From NCBI GenBank assembly GCA_964019425.1, contig OZ025787.1, forward strand, positions 496,001 through 560,000: a stretch of DNA of 64,000 bases, written 5' to 3'. This stretch comes from Flectonema sp. DT1601 (taxonomy: Eukaryota). The stretch's first letter is position 1; each line of letters starts with the position of its first letter. The position numbers were made by a program, and so were the translations under genes. Shown piece by piece: positions 56,086 through 64,000 of the stretch. Below the pieces are notes generated by a model. The model searched no databases. It had not been told where the DNA came from and worked only from the letters and a program-made list of their open reading frames with translations.

Positions 56086-58203
56086 ATGTTATTCGTCTTG
56101 TTAGCAGTGCTGCTGCTGAGGGTTGCAGATGCTGCGTTGGTTGCGGAGATGTGGTTTTATACGACTCCGTTGTTGGCCTTTCCGTTATACTCAACAATTG
56201 GACTACCCAACATAGTGGATACCTGGCCGGATGTTTCCATCTCTCCAACCTTCAACTTTTATTATCAAAGTGGCCCGAATATTGGAATACCTCTACCTCA
56301 ACAAGATAATATAGCAATGCGAATAACAGGTTGGTTGTATGCCCCGATAGATAACTATTATACATTAACACTTGGGTCTGATGATCAATCGGAGCTTTAC
56401 ATTGATGGTGCTTTCGTATTAGGAACAGTTGTTAGGCAGCCTTACACCAGAATAGCTGAAACCGTGAGACTCACTGCTGGTTATCATCCGATCAAAATAC
56501 ATTATGTTGAAAAAGATGATTTGCAAGCACTCACCTTAGAATGGAATTCAACTGGAATAAGAAGTTTAATTCCGGGTAGTAATCTTTTTAATTATCATCC
56601 TACCATAGCACCGACATCAGTGCCAGATACGTTGGTTCCAACGGCAGTTCCGACTATGTCGCCACCCACTCCGTTGCCAACATTAATTCCAACAGTGGTT
56701 CCGACGGTGGTTCCAACAGTGATTCCGACGGTAGTTCCAACGGTGGTTCCAACAGTGATTCCGACGGTAGTTCCAACGGTGGTTCCAACAGTAGTACCAA
56801 CAACTGTTCCTCTCATCGGGACTGCTTCACCTGTCGGGAGTCCTTCACCTGTACAGCAGACAAGTACTCCAACAGGTGTCCCCAGTACGAGTGTTCCCAA
56901 CACAAGTGTTCCCACGAAGGGTATTGTAACTGTAGTTATAAATAGTACTGTGAGTCCTGAAGATTTGATAAGCAGTCCTGTGCCAATTGTTATGACAAAA
57001 CCTCAAGACGTTGTAGAGGTTCAAGAGGTTGTTCAGAGCACAGGTTCAGCAGCTGCATTGGCTGCGGTAATTGGAGTCGGCTCCAGTGCAGGTTCAGCAA
57101 CAAGATTAGTCCTGCTGGCGGGTAGTTGTCAATTTTCTGGCGAAAAAAGAGAATACCCTCTGCTATATCATCCAACTGCAATGACAATTTACGGCAGCCA
57201 ATCTCTTGGTCTTGTTATCGGTAACGCTATTATTATGCTATCCCTTTGGGCACTTTCTTTTATTGTTTTCAAAATAACTCAGAACTTTGGTGGGAAATTC
57301 TTCCCGAAATGGCTTGATGACATCGACATTCAAGGTTTTGTTCGATTCCCTTCTGGTCCACTTTTTGTGTTTTTTTTTTTATATCAAGGTACGTGTTTAG
57401 GAGGAATCCTTCTGTTATTCGACGGAGAAGGATGGATTCACACCTTATGCGGAATGCTAACAACAGTAGTATGCATTGTTATGCCAGTTTTATTACTAAA
57501 ACAACTACACAATGACATACCCAAGTTAGCCCATAACAAAAGAGATTTCAGAAGAAAGTACTTAGGTTTTTCGTATATGTTTTTAGGCCCTGGAGAATGG
57601 GTTTCCAAAGACAAGAAATTACACTGGATTCAGCGATACAAGTCTGTTATTAGATCCTACAGAAGTAACTGTTCGTGGTACTGTGTTATAGAAATGAGTT
57701 GTATGTTCTTCTTAGCCTGTACGAAGGGTGTGCCAGTTGAAGGCTTTATTCAATGTGGTCATTTAAAAGCAACTCAAAGCATTATTATTATAATCATGCT
57801 TGTGACTGAGGGAATTATTTGGCCTCACTGTAAGGTGAGGGATTATATAACTAGTTTTATTATGTTGGGAATGCAAAGTGTCGCATTGGGGCTTCATGCT
57901 GCGGGTTATTACACAGAATGTATGGATCATCCGTGTTTCTTGATCGCTTCAAAGATATTCTTTTGTTGTATTGTTTTGACACTCACTAAAACAGTGATTG
58001 ATATCTTATCAGAAATATATGTGGCATTCTCAGGATCTCGTAATCGTCTCCAGCTATCTGAATGGAACTATCGAGACAGCTGCTCGAGGAGTTCTTCATT
58101 TGCTACTACAGAAGTAACATTTATTACACCTTGTCTTGGTAGTCTTGATGAGACAACTTTATCACTGAGTGCACTGAGTAACAACAGATCATGTTGCGTG
58201 TGA
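56086..58203 (+). CDS. PA14-domain, PT-repeat, multi-pass membrane protein
   Basis: Signal peptide; RITGWLYAP..YTLTLGSDDQSELYIDG..LTAGYHPIKIHYVE (PA14); (PTVV)n stalk; about 7 TM segments. Confidence 0.85.
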   Translation: MLFVLLAVLLLRVADAALVAEMWFYTTPLLAFPLYSTIGLPNIVDTWPDVSISPTFNFYYQSGPNIGIPLPQQDNIAMRITGWLYAPIDNYYTLTLGSDDQSELYIDGAFVLGTVVRQPYTRIAETVRLTAGYHPIKIHYVEKDDLQALTLEWNSTGIRSLIPGSNLFNYHPTIAPTSVPDTLVPTAVPTMSPPTPLPTLIPTVVPTVVPTVIPTVVPTVVPTVIPTVVPTVVPTVVPTTVPLIGTASPVGSPSPVQQTSTPTGVPSTSVPNTSVPTKGIVTVVINSTVSPEDLISSPVPIVMTKPQDVVEVQEVVQSTGSAAALAAVIGVGSSAGSATRLVLLAGSCQFSGEKREYPLLYHPTAMTIYGSQSLGLVIGNAIIMLSLWALSFIVFKITQNFGGKFFPKWLDDIDIQGFVRFPSGPLFVFFFLYQGTCLGGILLLFDGEGWIHTLCGMLTTVVCIVMPVLLLKQLHNDIPKLAHNKRDFRRKYLGFSYMFLGPGEWVSKDKKLHWIQRYKSVIRSYRSNCSWYCVIEMSCMFFLACTKGVPVEGFIQCGHLKATQSIIIIIMLVTEGIIWPHCKVRDYITSFIMLGMQSVALGLHAAGYYTECMDHPCFLIASKIFFCCIVLTLTKTVIDILSEIYVAFSGSRNRLQLSEWNYRDSCSRSSSFATTEVTFITPCLGSLDETTLSLSALSNNRSCCV

Positions 58204-61200
58204 TTATTTTTTTTTTTTTTTCCCTCGGATAACGTCTTTTTTTTTCTTACCGGTGCATTCCAGCCCACCGAATTCGAATCAAGCTGTTTTTTTGTTTGTA
58301 TTTCGTTTTCTATTTTTTTTTTTTAAAAAATAAAAATAAAATAAAAGGAAAGTTGTTTATCCTTCTCTTCTCGGAAACACTTGGTGGGTACTTCTACAGA
58401 TGATGTGATACAATCATTGATCTTGAAATAGGCAGTCTTATTAACTAGACCCACAATTATAAACTCATATTCTACCTTATATCGTCTGATCTGGGGGGTT
58501 GGTTGCGACTTGTACACAAGCGAATTCATCGCCATATGTGAGTTACCTTTTTCTTTGTTTTTTTTTGTTTTGATTATTTTTCTTTTTTGTGCTTAATTTT
58601 TGCATGAGCAAATAAAAAAGAAAAAATAATAATATAAAAAAAAAAATGAATAAAATACCGCTGTATTTTCGGCTTTTTTGGCTGCGGTTTATGTTTCTTC
58701 CAAAGCAACGAGTTAATATTATATTTATTAAAAAAAAACGTTTCCTTCCCAAGTTACTTCTTCTTACTCAAGTTACTTCCTCTTCTTTCTTGACGAGACT
58801 GTAGAAGTTTCACACTACTCTCTGCTATATTACATTATATCCTTCAATTGGTTTACTGAGGCTCACGATTAACTCGTAATAGGATACCTCGATTTCGTAT
58901 ATGGAAAAAGAGACTATAAGTTGGAAACATTTATTATAATGTAAAGTATGTACATCTTTAGTAGAGTGTTAGCCCGTATAAACATTATTAGTCACTGTGG
59001 TCATGGGTTTTTTTTTAATTTTATTATTTAGCTTTTGATTCAATGAAGAGATATATTCGTATGAATAACAAAACAGTTTATCCTCCTTAACTTAAAAGAC
59101 TTAAAAATGTATCAATTGGCTCTGTCTTTACTTTACGCACCTGCTTCAATGGTTCACTTGTGTTTTTATATCCCGTAGCTTTTTGTAGACCGGGGCAATT
59201 TAGTTTTTATATTTGTGACAGCAGGTCGTGGTGTTTGGAGCAATAGAACAGTGGTAGTGGTAGGGCTTCGTAAGCAAGTTTAACCTTCCTTTTTTTTTCT
59301 TTTTTTTTTTGGGCTTTGGAACGTAGTGATTCCCCAATACTTGCGGCTTCAGGAAACTTTTCTTTCGTTTTGATGTTATCAATTTGTAAACTCTAATCGG
59401 AAGACTATTTACAGGGCCGACTCCCTACCTTTGACGGTTTACACCAGATGGTTCCCTTCAGAGAAGTTTCGATTTATTCATGAGTTGCAGTAACATAATA
59501 AAGAGGTACCCAACATGTTCACGTGGCGGGTTTGCCTCCTGTGATACTTTGCAATTACTTACTACGCTGCCGTAGGCAGTTTGAATCAGTTCTTTTAGTT
59601 TTCCTTTCAGTGTGTATGACTTCAAAGCCCCCTTCTTCTCCTTCTCCTACTAATTCACTACTTGAGTTAGCAACTCTAAAAAATATGCGTTTGGGTGAGT
59701 GGATGAGGCTCGGGGCAGTTATGCACAATATTGAGATCGGGGGCCATCTTTTTGAGTTCCTATCAGATCTTAATGGAAGTATACAAACTGAATTATCGTT
59801 CTGTTCTCTGTTTTCAACTATTCTTCTTCGTGACGTATTATATTCATTCTTCAATCGGGTGTGAAGTTCTTTTTTTTTTTTTTTTTTTCTACCCTCTCCC
59901 TATTTGTAAGAAGGAGGGCACAGCGCGCTTTATAGCATCATGTCCTTAGCCTTGACTTTGATAACTGAAGTACTTTATGTAAACACTCTTTACTTTGGTG
60001 TTCTTCACCTGATTGCGAAGGCAACCAAAATCGCTGTTTTTCTATAGTACTGTGGTCAAAGTTGTTTTATTTTCCCTTAAATTCAAAATTCCGTGCAAGA
60101 AATAGTAAAAATGTGTGCTTAGAAAAATAAACGTCTTTACCTTACTATTTCTTAAGTTAGTTTCACTTAACTGTGAATTCAACAAAACTGAAGTCACGTG
60201 AAAATGAGTTTTTTTTTTCTTTTTTTTTTCTGTTGTGTGCCAACGTTTTTCAAAAAAAAAAACCACCTTTTTTTTTTTTTTTTTTTTTTGCGACCGTTTT
60301 TAAGCCAATGAAGTGGGTTTGTTATTTTCGGTTCTTCTTGATAGCTATAATCCTTCACAGCTAAATTAAGGCTAAAAGTAAGTAAGCATCAACAAAAAAA
60401 AAAAAAAAAACAATTAATTTTTTATATTTTATTCTTGTATTTTTTCTGTTTTCGGCAATTGTCGGTCATATCTAGCACTGCATGCTTCATGTATGGTTGT
60501 TTACTGATTAGCTAGCTTTATTTCTGGTTGACTGATAATTATTAATACTAACTTTATTTCTGGTGTGTTCTCCGCCTGTGAGAGTACGGTTGTGGTACCG
60601 AATGACTAGTACCCTGTGAGCTTCTCTAGAGATTTGCTTTCCCTCACTGACTTCGATAAATAAATATGTAAACTTTATCATCACTTATTTAGTTTATTAC
60701 TACAATAAACGAATGTGATAGGGTAGATATTGGTTTCAAAGAAGAAGCCATCCAGTAGTAATTCTTTAAGGACCATATATTATGTAGGATGAACTTGTCA
60801 TTGGAGTCTAAAGGTGTCACTTCTGCATTCAAAGATGCAAGTCTATCGTTCCTTTTGCTTATATCTCACTGGGGTTCTTTAATATAATTTAAAGAAAATC
60901 ACAACAGTGTCCGCATTAGTCTTGAACCTGCCTGCCATGCTCTTGCTGTCAGACTCTCATACTGCCGACACTTAACAGAGAAAGCCTGGGAATACATAGT
61001 AGACCGGAAAGACTAAAGTATTTGTAGCATTCAGATGTTGCATCAGTGAGCTACCCGCATCAATAAAGTAATTAGGAAGTGACAAGCCGAAGATTGGTTC
61101 GATAACATGAACGGCTGGATCTGCAGACCTCATTGACAAGTTCCCCTTTACATAGTTGTTGGGTCCGTCCCTTCTGTTTATTCCCTCATCCTCTCTCCTT

Positions 61201-61652
61201 TTTCACCTTTTTTTTAAATCATATTTAAATAGGTAAACTGTCGATCCCTTTTTACCTAAAGGAAAGAATGAGAAAAAAAAAAAGGAAGCAAACAAAATGA
61301 GTGCTCTCCCCTCTTTTTATTAGTAATCTTTTATTGTTGAACTTCTGAGTCTTTTTTAATTTTCGATTTTTGATACGTCAGCTTCTCTTTTTCGCAAGTC
61401 TGATTTCAGAGACACCAGAAGCTTTGGCATATTTGAGAATTATTAATAGGCATCGTTTACATTATTTTCTTAACAGCATCTTTTACCACGCTCTTGGGAG
61501 TCTTTTTCTTTTTGTCGAACATAAATATTCCTTGCTGAAGCTAAAAAAGTGATCCAACTAACTGAAAACTCCAATTCTAACTTTTTATTGATTTCTTTGA
61601 TTGACTGATTACCAATAATACTAACTTTTATATCAAACAAGCAACTTCAACA

Positions 61653-61733
61653 TGGAATGAAGTCCCTTAGGACTTACTGATGAAGGCCTAAAAAGAGACT
61701 AGGTAGTATGAGAGGCCTGCAAATGCGTGTTCT
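61653..61733 (+). ncRNA. Degenerate family A hammerhead copy
   Basis: CTTA-CTGATGA(61677-61683)-AGGCCT ... GTAGTA-TGAG-AGGCCT-GCAA. GAAA and stem III are damaged; flanks match copy 2. Confidence 0.7.
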
Positions 61734-61842
61734 ATTAGCCTAGATGTTAGGAAACTGCGGAAATGAATACTTTTCGTTTACTTGTATCAAAATAACTAAT
61801 ATTTCACTCTATTATTCTAAACAAGGTGCTCCAGAGCTTACT

Positions 61843-64000
61843 ATGAAATGGTTAGTAAAGGCGATTTTGATAACAACGGCAACAGCGATTGACTTGAATA
61901 GTTCTGGGTCGACACTTGTCTGTGATGCAATGAGAGATATTTATGAAGACCGTACTACGGACAGCTATGAATGCAACGGCTCTGGAAAAGGAAAAAAAAA
62001 ACTAATTGCTGGTGAAGTTGCTTTTGCTGTTTGCGACTATCCTTTAACAAAAGAAGAAGAATCACTTTATGGAATAACAAGCTTACCACTGGTAGCAGTA
62101 GAAGTTGTAGTGATATATAATACTGGTCGTAAAGGAAGACTGCTTCTAGATATCTCTACTGTGGGTAATATTTTTACAGGCGTGACTAATAGTTGGAACG
62201 TCTCTGAGATTACAAGTCTCAACCCGGCTCTTTCCTTACCTCATGAAAAGATAAAAGTTGCTGTAAGAACAGGTCTTAGTGGCACGTCGTATATATTAAC
62301 TGAAGCACTTAGGAAGTTCGGTTTCTTTTCTGAACCAAATGCGCAGTTTTGTGACGCACTTAGCAATGGAACGTGTGATGAAAATAACTTCTTCTTAGCA
62401 AGTGGGACGAGTGATGTTCTAAAGTACGTTCATAACACTCCTCACAGTATAGGATATGTTGGGGTGAGGTCAGCTATGGAATATAATCTCCCATTTGCTG
62501 GGATCACAGTAAACAAACAAGTATTGCTTCCGACTACTCGTAATGCACGTGATGCCATTGAAGGAACCTTTCCCGAATACTCAATACCTAATTACATTCC
62601 TCTACGGGGATATCCTATTGAAGGATTGGCGTATTTTATTTTTAAGAACCCGACCTTACTAACAGACGCTTCAGATTGTGAAAAAGTAATCGCCTTAAAT
62701 GATTTATTGTTACACATATACAGCAGTAAATCATCGGCAGATATTTTCGCGGCTCATTGGATGATACCGATGGCACCGACTACTGTAAATTTGATAAACG
62801 ATTTATTTGATAATTCGAAGAAGACTTTTGGAAAAATATGTAAAAATGTAATCCGAGACAATACGATACCAATATTGGGTTCTCTGATCAAATCTTCTTA
62901 TTATCAAAGTTTTATATTAGTATACAGTCGAGAATCACATCACAACCGTCCTCACATTGTCAACAACACCGAATCTGTCTCTGTAGGTATAAACGTTGGT
63001 ATCACAGCATTAAGTAACTTATTCAATTCTAACGATGGTGTTGTTCGAACTACTCCTCCACAGTCGGGGTCGCATGACATACTATTCGGAATGAGAGAAT
63101 TAATATTTTTAGTTAAAAGTAACAAAAGCAAGAACATCCCGGCTAGGCTTACCCAAGAAATTTTTAGAGGAATATTCAACGGTACGATCACAAACTGGAA
63201 TCACTCGCTTATTAGAACTCCGAAGAACGCATTCGCTGATCTGCCAAAGTCCGGACCCATAAGATTTGTCATTGCGGAGGAGTACGAAAGCGTTATTGAA
63301 ATAGTGTCTAACATCTTAAACATTTCAATGGAAAGGATACCACTTGAGATTGTTACTGCGAAGAAACTGAATGAATTATACTTAAAAATACCAATTTTAA
63401 CATGCAGAGATCTCGATTCCAGACCCTCATCATCCGGCGTCTTATATCCAATTGTTAGTGACAATGAGAACATTCCATTTCGATATAGAAAATCAGATTT
63501 TGAAGTTCATCAAAATGGTCTTGTTTCTCTCAACAGACCTGGGATTCCATATCCATTTACGTATGTAATGTATCACAGAATACCTAAACACATAATTATC
63601 GATCTTGCTGAGTATAGATCACACACTGATTCGGACCAAGACCCATGTCAAGAATACATTCTAGAAGAGGTGATTCCATACTTGAGGTTTTGTGCTGCTT
63701 TTGGTGGACTCTCTGGAAGTGTTGAAGTCGCTGATGAGATAATTAAATCGATTTATTGTAACGGACGTCCTTTATACCCACAACACTCTGAAAGTAGTAT
63801 CCTCATGGTATTGGTTTCTTTAGTGAGTGGTTTGTTAGCCGTAGTCGTAGTTGTTATTGCTGTTTATTTTAAATGGAAGTTGGGTACTTCGGAAGGTGAG
63901 CTTAAATCCTTAGTTGACAATAATAAATTAGCAGTTCAAATAGCTGAGGCTATTGCAGAGATGAGACTTGAGGATATCTTTTGGATAACTGAATTACAAC
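61843..64000 (+). CDS. Receptor-like membrane protein with a PstS-like ectodomain, 3'-truncated by the window; possibly a receptor nucleotide cyclase
   Basis: Hand translation: MKWLVKAILITTATAIDLNSSGSTL, YECNGSGKGKKKLIAGEVAFAVCDYPL, SIGYV, GYPI, TM near 63800-63870, then NNKLAVQIAEAIAEMRLEDI. The first and last segments are in the same frame; not every codon between was checked. Confidence 0.8.
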   Translation, partial: MKWLVKAILITTATAIDLNSSGSTLVCDAMRDIYEDRTTDSYECNGSGKGKKKLIAGEVAFAVCDYPLTKEEESLYGITSLPLVAVEVVVIYNTGRKGRLLLDISTVGNIFTGVTNSWNVSEITSLNPALSLPHEKIKVAVRTGLSGTSYILTEALRKFGFFSEPNAQFCDALSNGTCDENNFFLASGTSDVLKYVHNTPHSIGYVGVRSAMEYNLPFAGITVNKQVLLPTTRNARDAIEGTFPEYSIPNYIPLRGYPIEGLAYFIFKNPTLLTDASDCEKVIALNDLLLHIYSSKSSADIFAAHWMIPMAPTTVNLINDLFDNSKKTFGKICKNVIRDNTIPILGSLIKSSYYQSFILVYSRESHHNRPHIVNNTESVSVGINVGITALSNLFNSNDGVVRTTPPQSGSHDILFGMRELIFLVKSNKSKNIPARLTQEIFRGIFNGTITNWNHSLIRTPKNAFADLPKSGPIRFVIAEEYESVIEIVSNILNISMERIPLEIVTAKKLNELYLKIPILTCRDLDSRPSSSGVLYPIVSDNENIPFRYRKSDFEVHQNGLVSLNRPGIPYPFTYVMYHRIPKHIIIDLAEYRSHTDSDQDPCQEYILEEVIPYLRFCAAFGGLSGSVEVADEIIKSIYCNGRPLYPQHSESSILMVLVSLVSGLLAVVVVVIAVYFKWKLGTSEGELKSLVDNNKLAVQIAEAIAEMRLEDIFWITELQ

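Noticed and set aside
58300..61550. Short ORFs and a possible minus-strand gene remnant near 60650-61140
   Set aside because: Low-complexity or stop-interrupted, with no motif I can support.

Overview
AT-rich eukaryotic genomic DNA. All credible protein-coding genes lie on the + strand, and several carry short GT-AG introns with T-rich 5' and A-rich 3' halves. This suggests a euglenozoan, possibly a diplonemid (inference only). Genes in order: TEX47/BLUF-like protein, helical-repeat protein, poly(A) polymerase-like multidomain protein, two RPS3 copies (the second has a TA-flanked MITE in its intron), YAK1-like kinase, NVL/Rix7-like AAA ATPase, an unknown ORF, three paralogous ~1300-1470 aa charged-repeat type I membrane proteins, a decayed pogo-like transposase, a pseudogene containing an LSU rRNA fragment, an A1 aspartic protease, a DMT transporter, two GFAT copies, an S10 carboxypeptidase, a GDP-sugar transporter with a long extension, a PA14/PT-repeat multi-TM protein, and a PstS-like receptor running off the window end. 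The most notable signal is a dispersed non-coding repeat family (about 24.9-25.2, 30.6-32.2, 53.1-53.4 and 61.6-61.8 kb) carrying two sequence-unrelated hammerhead-ribozyme-like motifs. In both, the cleavage-site strand sits inside the stem II loop, a non-circularly permuted (swapped) order, and both have the same extra helix and AA linker. Three copies with intact cores lie in tandem, and two of them bracket a 99-aa ORF. All pairings were read by eye; no folding or database search was run.
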